64,000 nucleotides of DNA from Myxococcota bacterium. Its GTDB lineage: Bacteria; Myxococcota_A; Polyangia; HGW-17. Position numbers and translations under genes: made by a program. The first letter of the stretch is position 1. Each line of letters starts with the position of its first letter. This document shows, piece by piece, positions 29,351-38,890 of the stretch. The notes below the pieces were generated by a model, which did not search any database, was not told where the DNA came from, and saw only the letters and a list, made by a program, of their open reading frames with translations. The stretch is from the NCBI GenBank assembly GCA_018817795.1, contig JAHITJ010000250.1, positions 11,635 to 75,634 of the forward strand. The letters are read 5' to 3'.

Positions 29351-30289
29351 CTAGAACGGCTGGGTGGCGATGCCGCGGATGCACTGGCGCATCACGACGA
29401 AGTCCAGGTCGGTGATGATGGAGTAGCCGATGCCGTTGTGGGAAAACAGCGCGACCATGCGGCCGCCGGGGGTGGTGCTGATGTAGTCTTCCTCGTCGGT
29501 CTTGTCGATGGCCTCGGTGCTGTTGAGCTCGACGAGGTCCGGGATCATGTCGGGGCGGAACATGAAGACCGTCACGCGCTTGCCCTGGACGTTGTAGAAC
29601 AGTTGCACGGCTTCGCGGTCCTGGAAGCGGCTCATGCGGCCGCCCTCCATCTTTCCGCCCCAGGAGGCCAGTTGTGGAGGGGGCGTGTAGAAGCCGGACT
29701 TGGAGGCGTACCAGCGGGCGACCGAGTCCGAGTCAGGGGTCTGGATCTCGGCCGGCAGCGGCCGCACGTGCTCGACGACCAGGTTCTCCATGACCTGCGG
29801 CGTGATGATCTTCTTCTTGAGGCGCGACAAGGCCGGCGAGGAGAAGCGCCTCATGGTGTTGGCGCGGGAGGGGTTACCGGCGGCCACAGGGGCGACGGCC
29901 GTCACCTGTGGGGCGTCGGCGGTCTCCATGGCCACCTCGACGGGCACGGGGGCGCCGGGCCGGGGCGCCGGGGGGCCCTGAAGGAAGGCAAAGCCGCCGT
30001 AGATCGCCAGGGCGAACACGGCCGTGGCGGAGCCCAGGCGCAGCAGGTTGAACGCGAACTCGCGGCCGGCAGAGGCGGTGATCTGCGAGCGGATCAGCAC
30101 GGCCAGGTCATGGGGTGCCTTGTCCAACTCGACACGGCGCACCAGGTCCTTGATTTCCTGCGCCTCCTCGAAGACGGCCGTGCAGCGGCGGCAGTGCTTG
30201 ACATGCTCCTCCACCTCGTGTCTGTCCTGCCGGGAGATCTCGGCGTCGATGTACAGGGTGATCAGTTTTTCGACTTCGCGGCAATCCAT
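29351..30289 (-). CDS. Zinc-finger (ZAS/zf-HC2) transmembrane anti-sigma factor
   Basis: MDC...HVKHCRRC; TM helix; periplasmic domain; directly after an ECF sigma. Confidence 0.88.
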   Translation of the reverse strand: MDCREVEKLITLYIDAEISRQDRHEVEEHVKHCRRCTAVFEEAQEIKDLVRRVELDKAPHDLAVLIRSQITASAGREFAFNLLRLGSATAVFALAIYGGFAFLQGPPAPRPGAPVPVEVAMETADAPQVTAVAPVAAGNPSRANTMRRFSSPALSRLKKKIITPQVMENLVVEHVRPLPAEIQTPDSDSVARWYASKSGFYTPPPQLASWGGKMEGGRMSRFQDREAVQLFYNVQGKRVTVFMFRPDMIPDLVELNSTEAIDKTDEEDYISTTPGGRMVALFSHNGIGYSIITDLDFVVMRQCIRGIATQPF

Positions 30290-30308
30290 GATTCCTCAAC
30301 TCCTCGCA

Positions 30309-30884
30309 CTAGAACGGAATGATCTGACCCGATTTCGTGGTCGTGGCCTCGTCGGTCTGATTCATGTTCAAGATGATTTCCTTCATCCGCTTGCGCGCCC
30401 GGAACAGCCGGCTCATCACCGTGCCGATGGGACACTCCATGATTTCGGCGATCTCCTGATACGAGAATTCGTGCACATCGCACAGCACCAGGGGCAGGCG
30501 GAAGTCCGCCGGCAGCTGGTCCAGCGCCTGCTGCAGTTCCTGGGCGAGCAGGCGGCGCTCCCCGGCGCCGGAGCGGGAGTCGGGATCTGCGGTCGCGTTG
30601 ATCGTCACGTCGTCGAACGAGGAGAACATCGCCGCGTTGCGCTTGCGCTCGTTGTAACTGTCGTAAAACAGGCGGGTCATGATGCGGAACATCCACGCCT
30701 TGAAGTTGGTGCCGCGCTCGAACGTGTCGAAATATTTGAACGCCTTGAGGTAGGAGTCCTGCACGAGATCCCGGGCCACTTCCTCATTGCGCGTGAGTTT
30801 CATGGCCGTGCCGTACAGGGGGTCCATCACGGGCGATGCCAGGGTCATGAATTCCTTGGAGCGATCTTTCTTCCAGCCAAGCAC
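30309..30884 (-). CDS. ECF sigma factor (SigR/SigH, ECF12-like)
   Basis: GTG start at 30884 after AAGGAGG; DLVQDSYLKAF..FERGTNFKAWMFRI; FSYQEIAEIMECPIGTVMSRLFRAR. Confidence 0.92.
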   Translation of the reverse strand: MLGWKKDRSKEFMTLASPVMDPLYGTAMKLTRNEEVARDLVQDSYLKAFKYFDTFERGTNFKAWMFRIMTRLFYDSYNERKRNAAMFSSFDDVTINATADPDSRSGAGERRLLAQELQQALDQLPADFRLPLVLCDVHEFSYQEIAEIMECPIGTVMSRLFRARKRMKEIILNMNQTDEATTTKSGQIIPF

Positions 30885-30949
30885 TAGGGCCTCCTTTGCC
30901 GAACCCGGCATGGCTTGGTGAGCCACAGGGCGGTTCCGGCAGTCGTGGA

Positions 30950-30975
30950 AACGCAGTCACCACAGGAATTATTCC
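30950..30975 (-). promoter_or_regulatory. Putative ECF autoregulatory promoter GGAAT-N18-GTT
   Basis: Minus strand GGAAT-aattcctgtggtgactgc-GTT; overlapped by palindrome caggaat-t-attcctg (30963-30977). Confidence 0.65.
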
Positions 30976-30993
30976 TGCGCGACGGGAGGATTT

Positions 30994-31887
30994 TTACCAT
31001 GGAATGTGCTCCAGGGACCAGGCCTGGTTGCGCGCGAGGCGCCAGGCAGGAGCCGCAGCGAACACGGCGTCGCGCCAGGGCGGTTGCTTCCAGAACGCCG
31101 GGATCTGCACGGCCGCCACAGTCTGTTCGTAAAAATCGCAATTATATTTCGGCCCGACATGGGGGCAGATCGCCACGCAGGTCTCGCAGCCGAAGAAACG
31201 CCCCCCTCCCACGGACCGGAGCTCCGGCGGCGGAGCTTCCTTCGCAGCGGTGGTCCAGTAGCTCAGGCAGCGACGGGCGTCCAGATGGCCGTCTTTGGAG
31301 AGAGCCCCTCCGGGACAGTCCCGGATACAGCGATTACACTGAGCGCAGCTCCGGGGTGCAGGATCCGTGGGCGTGATTTCAAGATCAACCAGCAGCTCGC
31401 CGAGCACCACGTTGGGACCTACTCCAGGAACGATCAGGCAGGTGTTGGTGCCGATGAAGCCCAGTCCGGCCTGCACAGCCAGATGACGCTCCGGAAGCGG
31501 GGCCGTGTCCACACAGACACGCCACCGGCAGGCGATGTGTTCGTTTAGTTGTTTCGCAACTATTTCCAGAACCCGCCGCACCCGGACGTGATAATCCTCG
31601 CCCATGGCGTAGCCTGCAATGGCCGGCGGGGGCGACGGGGGCGACTTCACGTCGTAGGGAAACGCCGCGCAGAGGATTGAGCGTACCCCCGGCATCACGT
31701 TTTCGGGATCTTCCCGCAGGGTCAAATGTTCTTTGATATATGACATCCCCGCGGCGTTCCCGGCGGTGATCCAGGCATGGGCCTCGTCGGGCACGCTCAT
31801 CCGCCGGGCGCTCACCACACCCGAGGCCACGGCCCCTGCGGCCTCGAGTGCTTGGAGGATCCAGATCTGCAACGAGTCCGGGGTCAT
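30994..31887 (-). CDS. queG: Epoxyqueuosine reductase (short C-terminus)
   Basis: YAMGEDYH, CVDTAPLPER.LAVQAGLGFIG.N, CAQCNRCIRDCP, RCLSYWT, FGCETCVAICP. Confidence 0.85.
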   Translation of the reverse strand: MTPDSLQIWILQALEAAGAVASGVVSARRMSVPDEAHAWITAGNAAGMSYIKEHLTLREDPENVMPGVRSILCAAFPYDVKSPPSPPPAIAGYAMGEDYHVRVRRVLEIVAKQLNEHIACRWRVCVDTAPLPERHLAVQAGLGFIGTNTCLIVPGVGPNVVLGELLVDLEITPTDPAPRSCAQCNRCIRDCPGGALSKDGHLDARRCLSYWTTAAKEAPPPELRSVGGGRFFGCETCVAICPHVGPKYNCDFYEQTVAAVQIPAFWKQPPWRDAVFAAAPAWRLARNQAWSLEHIPW

Positions 31888-32637
31888 TCAGAGCTCCCAC
31901 ACCTCCCCGTCGTCGGGGAAGGACAGGTCCGGCGGGAGGGATCCGGACTCCGCGGCGACCGCGGCGGTGGCGTCGTCGGTGTGGATCGCGGCCACGCGAC
32001 GGGCGCCCAGGGCCGGCAGCGCGTCGACGAGCTCCCGGGCATGGATGTGGATTGGCACGATGGGCGTGGGCAGCGTACACTCCACGACGAGCACGTCGGC
32101 TCCCCGGGCCAGCTCGTACAGGGCCGGACAGAGCACTGTGTCGCCTGAGAACGCCACCGTGGTCTCCGCGGTCTGCAGCCGGAACCCCAGGGACTCGGGT
32201 TTGTGCTGCATGCTGTAAGGTGTGATCCGCCAGTGCGTGTTGTCCCAGGTGGCCAGGTCGCCTTCCGGATCCCACTCGTGAACGCGCAGGTCGAACGGCA
32301 GCCCCCAACGGTCGTACATCAGGGCGCACAGGGCGTCGAAATGGGTCCGCAGCCCTACGGGACCCAGCAGATCCAGGGGCTGTGTGCGCCGGGCGATGCT
32401 CTGGTAGTACATCAACAGAAACGGCAGCCCGGCGAGGTGGTCCCCGTGAAAATGCGTGATCGCCACTGCCCGCAGGCGCTCCAGGTCCACTCCGAAGCGG
32501 TGGGCATGGGCCATGAACGATGGTCCGCAGTCCACCAGCAGCGCACCGGAGTCGTCCTCGAACCAGGTCGCCGCCTGCCCGCGGCCGTCCAGGCACACGG
32601 CGTTGCCGGTCCCCAGGAACCGAAGATGGGGTCTCAT
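31888..32637 (-). CDS. MBL-fold metallo-hydrolase (RNase Z/BN-like)
   Basis: Start MRPHLRFLGTG (ATGA overlap); LVDCG, THFHGDH, FSGDT, VECT. Confidence 0.88.
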   Translation of the reverse strand: MRPHLRFLGTGNAVCLDGRGQAATWFEDDSGALLVDCGPSFMAHAHRFGVDLERLRAVAITHFHGDHLAGLPFLLMYYQSIARRTQPLDLLGPVGLRTHFDALCALMYDRWGLPFDLRVHEWDPEGDLATWDNTHWRITPYSMQHKPESLGFRLQTAETTVAFSGDTVLCPALYELARGADVLVVECTLPTPIVPIHIHARELVDALPALGARRVAAIHTDDATAAVAAESGSLPPDLSFPDDGEVWEL

Positions 32638-34622
32638 TGGACGGGAACCAACACCAGCGCCTGGCGCGGCCCGAGGGTGAGATCGAGGGTGCCGTTGGTG
32701 CCGGCGGTGAACTGGGCGGCCTCGGCGTCGGTGCAGACGTGATCCTCGCAGTACACGTTCTTCAGGCGGGTGCCCTGCGGAAATCCGGTGGGCATCGCCG
32801 TGTTGGAGTACGAGTGCGTGTAGGAGGTCAGGGTGTCGGATGCATTGATCACGACCAGGGCGGTCTGGCCGGAGTACACGCGCTCGAAGGCGAGGATGCC
32901 GCGGTCGGGGTTGAGCGGGAAGCCGCCGCCGTCGAGCTGGTTGTTGTCCGAACGCACCGAGCTCACCCACCGGATGGCCGCGCCGCCGCGCCGCAGGGCC
33001 GGATAGGTCTTGCGCAGCGTGATCAGCGTGCGGATGCGGGCGAACGTGGGGTTTTCCGTGTTGAAGATCCCGTACCGGCCGCCGGACTCCCGCGCCGGCA
33101 TGTTGGCGGGCTCGAACATGTCCTCGCGGTTCATCGGGTCGTTGCCGCCGGAGAACTGCTGCTCGGTGCCGTAGTAGATGCAGGGGATGCCGTCCCAGGT
33201 CAGCAGGTACACCAGGGCGCTGTGCAACGCCGCCTTGGCGCGCTCGCTGTTCATCGTCTGGGAGACGTCATACAGGAAGCGCGGCACGTCATGGTTGTCC
33301 ATGAAGTTGACCAGCAGCGAGCGCGGCGAAATGAGGTTCCCGTTGTCGTCCTTGGGACCGTTGGCGTTGCCCGACGCGGCGTAGCCGGGGTGGCCGTCGA
33401 CGCCGTTGAGCCGGTCGTTGAGCAGGCTCTCCACGCCGGCGGTGGCGTTGCCGTACTTGAACACGCTGTCGAACACCTGGAACTTCTGGGAGAAGTAGAA
33501 CACGCCGTCGAACATGTCGCCGCCGGTGTAGGAGGCCAGCAGCCAGTCGCTGCCCGTGAAGGCCTCGCCGAAGATCAGGAAGTTGTCCTTGCCCAGCTCC
33601 TCGACGGCGTAGTCGCGGATGGCCTTGTTGAACTTCTTCCAGAACGGGTAATCCACGTGCTTGACCGTGTCGATGCGGAAGCCGTCGAAGTCGGCCACCT
33701 TGATCCAGTACTTGAACACCTTGATCATCGCTTCGGTCACGTCGTCGCGTTCGGTCGCCAGATCCTTGAGACCTCCGGGGAAGTCGCCGAAGACCTCCTG
33801 TTCGCGGATGTAGTTGTAGCACGCCGAGCCGTCCTCGTAGGCCGAACCCGCCAGGCCGAGCTCGTCACAAGCGGCCTGCTCGCGACCCCACACGGTGACG
33901 CGGCCGCGGCGATGGAACCACAGTTCGTTGTGGAACTCGGCCGGGTTGGGCGCCATGCGGTTGATCCCGGGCATGTCCAACCAAATGACCGGTGCCGGAC
34001 CGCTCTCGCCCAGTGATGTCCAGCCCTGGATGCCGCGGGTGTCATAATCCGGATCCCACTCGGTGATGCGCTCCAGCGGCGAGCTCATTCCCGAGCCCAT
34101 GAGGGTGTCGTCGGGGGAGCCGTTGCCGTTGATGTCGTAGAAAAACAGTTGTCCCACGTGGTTGGTGACCACGTCCAGGATGACCTTGATGTTCCGTTTG
34201 TGTGCCGCGTCGACGAGGCGGCGCAGGTCGGTGAGGTTGCCGAAGTGCGGGTTGACCGCCAGGAAGTCCTGGGTCCAGTAGCCGTGATAGGAGGCGAAGC
34301 CCGCGTCCTCCTCGACGTTCTTCACCACGGGGCTGATCCACAGCGCCGTGATGCCCAGGTTCTCCAGGTAGTCCATGCGATCGATCAGGCCCTGCCAATC
34401 ACCCCCGTGGTAGCGGGCCATGGCGCGCCGGTCGACGTTGTAGTCGTTGTTCACGTCACCGTTGTCGAAGCGGTCCACGAGCACCTGGTAGATGATCTCG
34501 TCCCGCCAGTCACCGACCTCGACCTTCGTGACGAACCCGCGTCCGAGGATGGACTCGGGATCGGTTTCCACGCAGCCGGAGATCGTCAGGGAAAATGCCA
34601 GGAACAGGAAAAAGCGTTTCAT
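32634..34622 (-). CDS. GH13 alpha-amylase family lipoprotein
   Basis: Lipobox ISGC; YQVLVDRF, YHGYW, DVVTNH, DGFRIDTVKH, GE, FMDNHD, GIPCIYYGTEQ. Confidence 0.93.
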   Translation of the reverse strand: MKRFFLFLAFSLTISGCVETDPESILGRGFVTKVEVGDWRDEIIYQVLVDRFDNGDVNNDYNVDRRAMARYHGGDWQGLIDRMDYLENLGITALWISPVVKNVEEDAGFASYHGYWTQDFLAVNPHFGNLTDLRRLVDAAHKRNIKVILDVVTNHVGQLFFYDINGNGSPDDTLMGSGMSSPLERITEWDPDYDTRGIQGWTSLGESGPAPVIWLDMPGINRMAPNPAEFHNELWFHRRGRVTVWGREQAACDELGLAGSAYEDGSACYNYIREQEVFGDFPGGLKDLATERDDVTEAMIKVFKYWIKVADFDGFRIDTVKHVDYPFWKKFNKAIRDYAVEELGKDNFLIFGEAFTGSDWLLASYTGGDMFDGVFYFSQKFQVFDSVFKYGNATAGVESLLNDRLNGVDGHPGYAASGNANGPKDDNGNLISPRSLLVNFMDNHDVPRFLYDVSQTMNSERAKAALHSALVYLLTWDGIPCIYYGTEQQFSGGNDPMNREDMFEPANMPARESGGRYGIFNTENPTFARIRTLITLRKTYPALRRGGAAIRWVSSVRSDNNQLDGGGFPLNPDRGILAFERVYSGQTALVVINASDTLTSYTHSYSNTAMPTGFPQGTRLKNVYCEDHVCTDAEAAQFTAGTNGTLDLTLGPRQALVLVPVQ

Positions 34623-34640
34623 GAGTGACCTCCGGAGTCC

Positions 34641-36233
34641 CTATTGATAGGTCGACGAATTGAACCACCACTCGGCGCTGATGCCGACGAAATGCTCGAT
34701 CGTGCGCGTGCGCCGGTAGTCCATGCGATGGTACCACAGGCGGGCGTCCTCGTCGGGCATCGCGATTGTGTAAAACAGGCGGACCGCCGGCCTGGAGTAG
34801 GTGTCGGGGCCGGAGATCCAGGTCGGCAGGATGGAGATCTTCCACACTGACGGATGGGCGGGCAGATCCGTCTCCGGGTGCAGGCCGGCGCGTTCGGTGC
34901 GCTGATACGAGAACTCCGCGCCCAGCGCGAACTGGCGTCCGACGAGCTCGGGCACGAACAGCATCGGGCGCAGGGCCACGACCAGCTCGTTGCCGTCGTC
35001 CCAGTCATGGGTCATGCCGTCGGCGTCCTCAAACGTGCGCCAGTACGCTCCCAACTGGACGCCCAGGCGGCCCGGGAGCACGTAGTTGCCCACCAGGGCC
35101 AGCACAAAGTCGCGGGCGGTCGAGGCGCTGTAGTCGGTCCCCAGGTCGGGCATGTAACCCAGACCCAGCGGCTGCGAGAACTCGCCGTAGGCTGCGATGC
35201 CGGATGCGTAGCGTGCGAACACGTTGACGAACGAGTGTGGGGAGAAGCCCCACAGGCCTCCCTGAAGGCCGACGACGTAGCCGCTCTCGGCGGGCAGGTC
35301 GATGCGCTCCTCGGGCTCGCCCAGCGCGTTGTAGGTGCCCTGGGGGAGCTTGTGGAACTCCCCGTAGCCCTTGATCTTGAAGCCCAGCGTGTCGTTGACC
35401 TGATGCCAGAACTCGAGCTTGGCCGAGGCGATGAAGCGCTGCCGGTTGAGCGTCGCGATCGTCGTCTCTCCAACCGTCGGCGTGTTGACCACCTCCTCCT
35501 GGTACTGGTACGGGCCGAGCACGCGATTGGTGCCCACGTGGAGGCCTCCGCGCAGCGGCCGGCGGTCATACCAGACACCGGCACCCAGCGTATTGAGGTT
35601 GTCCAGCGGCCAGAAGTCGAGCAGGTAGATGTCATCACCGCGGTACATGCGGGAACCGGCCCAGAACGAGACGCCCGGAAGCGCCTGCGGGGTCATTTCA
35701 AGGTACAGGTTGCGCACGGCCATCCCCGACTCCCACGAGCCGTTGTAATGGAACAGGCTGTCGTTGAGGGCCAGCGTGGCAACCATCTTGGAGCGCAGGC
35801 CGCGCATCGGATGCAGCCGGTAGTACAGATCCAACTCGACATAGGTGCTCTCCTCGAGCCGGGGTCCGTGGCCGGTGATGTTGACCGGATACACCGGCTC
35901 CCCGTCCATGTTGGTGCCCAGCGTCACGCGGCCATAGGATCCAAAGCCGAAGCCGCTGCGCTCGCGGGGCTGCAGCGGCACATGCAGGCGCAGGGGGCGG
36001 ATGTCCTTCAGGGCGCCGGGCTTCTCCGCCGGCGGGGGATCCTGCCTGGCAGGTTCCACGGTCAGAGGTTTTTCCTCCGGGACCAGAGCGGCCGCCGGCG
36101 TGGCATCGGAGGTTGGTGTGGAGACGACGACGTCCCCTGGCGGCTCGGATCCCGACTGCGGATCAGCACCCCAGAACAACAAAACAAGAAGTCCGGTGAA
36201 AATGGCCATGTAAAAACCTCGTTTCCCGGCCAC
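34641..36233 (-). CDS. Carbohydrate porin (maltoporin/LamB-like); start may be 36209
   Basis: FGSYGR, RLEESTYVEL, WAGSRMYRGDDIYLLDFWPLD, RPAVRLFY, terminal AEWWF. Confidence 0.8.
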   Translation of the reverse strand: MAGKRGFYMAIFTGLLVLLFWGADPQSGSEPPGDVVVSTPTSDATPAAALVPEEKPLTVEPARQDPPPAEKPGALKDIRPLRLHVPLQPRERSGFGFGSYGRVTLGTNMDGEPVYPVNITGHGPRLEESTYVELDLYYRLHPMRGLRSKMVATLALNDSLFHYNGSWESGMAVRNLYLEMTPQALPGVSFWAGSRMYRGDDIYLLDFWPLDNLNTLGAGVWYDRRPLRGGLHVGTNRVLGPYQYQEEVVNTPTVGETTIATLNRQRFIASAKLEFWHQVNDTLGFKIKGYGEFHKLPQGTYNALGEPEERIDLPAESGYVVGLQGGLWGFSPHSFVNVFARYASGIAAYGEFSQPLGLGYMPDLGTDYSASTARDFVLALVGNYVLPGRLGVQLGAYWRTFEDADGMTHDWDDGNELVVALRPMLFVPELVGRQFALGAEFSYQRTERAGLHPETDLPAHPSVWKISILPTWISGPDTYSRPAVRLFYTIAMPDEDARLWYHRMDYRRTRTIEHFVGISAEWWFNSSTYQ

Positions 36234-36370
36234 GGAGACTAATCAAAAACCGGCTGTGGGTCAACGCATTCACCGTTTCCGGCGCAAAAACACCGCTCGC
36301 GGTCGGAGGCGGGCGCCGTGGAACCGACGAAGACCCTGGAATTTCGATATTTATCAATGACTTTTCTTGT

Positions 36371-36385
36371 TGGCACATCCCTTGC
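36371..36385 (+). promoter_or_regulatory. Sigma54 (-24/-12) promoter of the comEA-like gene
   Basis: TGGCAC-atccc-TTGC matches TGGCAC-N5-TTGC; IHF-like TATCAAtgacTTT at 36352-36364. Confidence 0.75.
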
Positions 36386-36457
36386 GAATGAGAAGTCCGT
36401 CCGGCAATGGGGCCGGATCGAAAACCCAACGTTCAGTCACCCTGAAGGAGAAATCAC

Positions 36458-36823
36458 ATGCACCGCAAATCCTGGTCCCTGTTTTCCGCCGCCGTCCTCA
36501 CCCTCGTTCTTGCACTGGGCTCGCTGGGCCACGTCCGTGACGCCCACGCTGCCAAGAAGAACGTCAACCGCGTCGAGATCTCGGGCGTGGTGAACATCAA
36601 CACCGCGCCGGAGGCCAAGCTGCGCCTGCTGCCGGGCATCGGGCAGAAGAAGGCCCAGTCCATCATCGCCTACCGCACGCAGAAGCCCTTCATGCAGCCC
36701 GAGGAGTTGATGAAGGTCAAGGGCATCAACCTGAAACTGTTCCAGAAGATCAAGGATTTCATCGCCACCGCCGGGGACACCAGCATCGTCCGGCGCAAGG
36801 TCCCCGTCGAGTCGGCCAACTGA
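36458..36823 (+). CDS. comEA: ComEA family helix-hairpin-helix DNA-binding protein
   Basis: Signal peptide; VNINTA..L..LPGIG.KKAQSII.YR...F...EL.KVKGI. Confidence 0.85.
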   Translation: MHRKSWSLFSAAVLTLVLALGSLGHVRDAHAAKKNVNRVEISGVVNINTAPEAKLRLLPGIGQKKAQSIIAYRTQKPFMQPEELMKVKGINLKLFQKIKDFIATAGDTSIVRRKVPVESAN

Positions 36824-36832
36824 CGCGGAAAA

Positions 36833-36847
36833 GCCGGGATTCCCGGC
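36833..36847 (+). terminator. Hairpin after comEA
   Basis: gccggga-t-tcccggc just after the stop; no clear U-tract. Confidence 0.35.
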
Positions 36848-36967
36848 CTCCTGTGAGCGGCCCGGCCGGACGGCCAGATGGAAATGATTTTTCCCCGCAT
36901 CCAAACCACTGGAATGCATTATAAAATATGGTATGGTTCGGTCGGGTCCGCAAACCAGGAGTATGCC

Positions 36968-38890
36968 ATGAAACACCATCTTATCGCTCCCCTGCTCTTT
37001 CTGATCGCATTCATTCCGTCCGCCTGCGACGATTCGGGCAGCAACAAACCCTTCAACAGCAACAACAGCAACAACGGAGAGTGCGCGCCCGGTACCATCG
37101 AGTGCGATGGCTGGACCGCCCGCACCTGCCAGGCCGACCACACCTGGAGCGAAGAGCTATGCCCGGTCAACTGTGTCTACGGAGAGGGCTGTGTGGCTTG
37201 CTCGGAGGGTGAGCGGTACTGCCAGGACAACACCGTGATGCAGTGCAACTCCAGCAATGAGCTGGAGCCCGTGATGGACTGCCCCGAGCAGGAGGCCTGC
37301 CTGTTCGGCCAGTGCGTCAACCGCTGCCATCCCTCGATGCTCACCACCTCCAACGTGGGATGCGAGTTTTGGGCTGTGGATCTCGACAACGAGGCCGTCG
37401 TCACCATGATGGGCACCAACGACGCGGCCGCCCAGCAGTACGCGGTGGTCATCGCCAACGTGAACAACTTCCCGGTGACGGCCTACGTGTACAAGAACGT
37501 CGCCCGCTTCGGCGAGCCTGTGGCCGAGACGGCCGTCCAGCCCGACAACGACATCGGCATGCCCATCCAGGTCGCCGCCAAGAGCCTGGTGCAGATCGAC
37601 CTGCCCCAGCGCGAGGTCGACGGCTGCATGGGCCAGAACGGTTCGTACGAAATGTACTCGGGCCCGGGGACCTTCGTCTCCTCGCACGCCTACCGCGTCG
37701 TCACCGATGGCCCCGTGGTCGCCTACCAGTTCAACCCGATCATCCAGCAGTTTTCCAACGACGCCTCGATCCTGATCCCGACCCAGGCCCTGGGCCAGCA
37801 CTATTACGTCCTGGGCGCTCCCACCGCCAACCCGTTCAGCATGGCGGGGTTCACCCAGGAGTCCATCCCTGACCACACCTCGGTGACCATCATGGGCGTG
37901 ATGCCCAACACCATCGTCAACGTCTACACCACCCACAAGGTGATGGCCTCCGGCGGCGACTCCGGCCTCGTGATCCCGGAGACGGAGAAGGGTGGCATGA
38001 TCACCTTCACCCTCGGACCCTACGACGTCGTAAACCTGGAGAGCTGGCAGGCCGAGAACGTCGACCAGATGGATCCCACCGCAGTCCAGGCCGCCATGGA
38101 GACTGACGGGGACTTCACCGGCACCCGCATCGAGAGCACGGCCCCTGTGGCGGTCTTCTCCAGCCTTGAGCGCGGCGGCGGCGCCCTCGGCGTGCAGATT
38201 CCGGATCCGCCCGGCTGGGACGGCGAGACCTGCTGCACCGATCACCTGGAACAGCAGATGTTCCCGACCCAGGCCCTGGGCTGGAACTACGTCATCAGCC
38301 GCAGCCCGGTGCGCTCCACCGACGGCAATTACAAGGAGCCGGACATCTACCGCGTGCTGGCCACCGAGAACGGCACCGTGGTCAACACCAGCCTGTCAGC
38401 CCCCTTCAACTCGTTCACCCTCAACGCAGGCGAGTTCGAGGCCTTCTACGCCCAGGAGGGCTTCACCCTCACGGCCACCGGCGGCGCGGTCATGGTCGGC
38501 CAGTTTCTCGTCAGCCAGGGCCTGGTGCCCGGCGGCATCGGCGACCCGTCGTTCATCGTGTTCCCGGCCGCCGATCAGCACCGCGACTCCTACGTCTTCC
38601 TGATCCCGGATACCTTCCAGGACAACTACATGGTCGTAGTGAAGCCCGACGGCACCGACATCATCCTCGATGGCGCCTCCCTGGGCGAGTTTCCGGCCAA
38701 CTGCACCACCGCCAACATCGGCATGCTGGACACGACCAACTACAGCCAGATCACCTGCCGCCTCGCGGAGGGCATCCACACCATCGAGTCGTCCAATCCG
38801 GTCGGCCTCTCCGTGTACGGATACTACAACGTCGGCTCCTACGCCTATCCCGGCGGCTCCGACGTGAAGATCATCAACCCCATCGAATAA
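36968..38890 (+). CDS. IgGFc-binding domain lipoprotein
   Basis: Start MKHHL after AGGAG; lipobox PSAC, NNSNN linker, SNVGCEFWAVDLDN, VAYQFNP, SNDASILIP, DHLEQQMFP, GDPS, SYAYPGG. Confidence 0.88.
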   Translation: MKHHLIAPLLFLIAFIPSACDDSGSNKPFNSNNSNNGECAPGTIECDGWTARTCQADHTWSEELCPVNCVYGEGCVACSEGERYCQDNTVMQCNSSNELEPVMDCPEQEACLFGQCVNRCHPSMLTTSNVGCEFWAVDLDNEAVVTMMGTNDAAAQQYAVVIANVNNFPVTAYVYKNVARFGEPVAETAVQPDNDIGMPIQVAAKSLVQIDLPQREVDGCMGQNGSYEMYSGPGTFVSSHAYRVVTDGPVVAYQFNPIIQQFSNDASILIPTQALGQHYYVLGAPTANPFSMAGFTQESIPDHTSVTIMGVMPNTIVNVYTTHKVMASGGDSGLVIPETEKGGMITFTLGPYDVVNLESWQAENVDQMDPTAVQAAMETDGDFTGTRIESTAPVAVFSSLERGGGALGVQIPDPPGWDGETCCTDHLEQQMFPTQALGWNYVISRSPVRSTDGNYKEPDIYRVLATENGTVVNTSLSAPFNSFTLNAGEFEAFYAQEGFTLTATGGAVMVGQFLVSQGLVPGGIGDPSFIVFPAADQHRDSYVFLIPDTFQDNYMVVVKPDGTDIILDGASLGEFPANCTTANIGMLDTTNYSQITCRLAEGIHTIESSNPVGLSVYGYYNVGSYAYPGGSDVKIINPIE

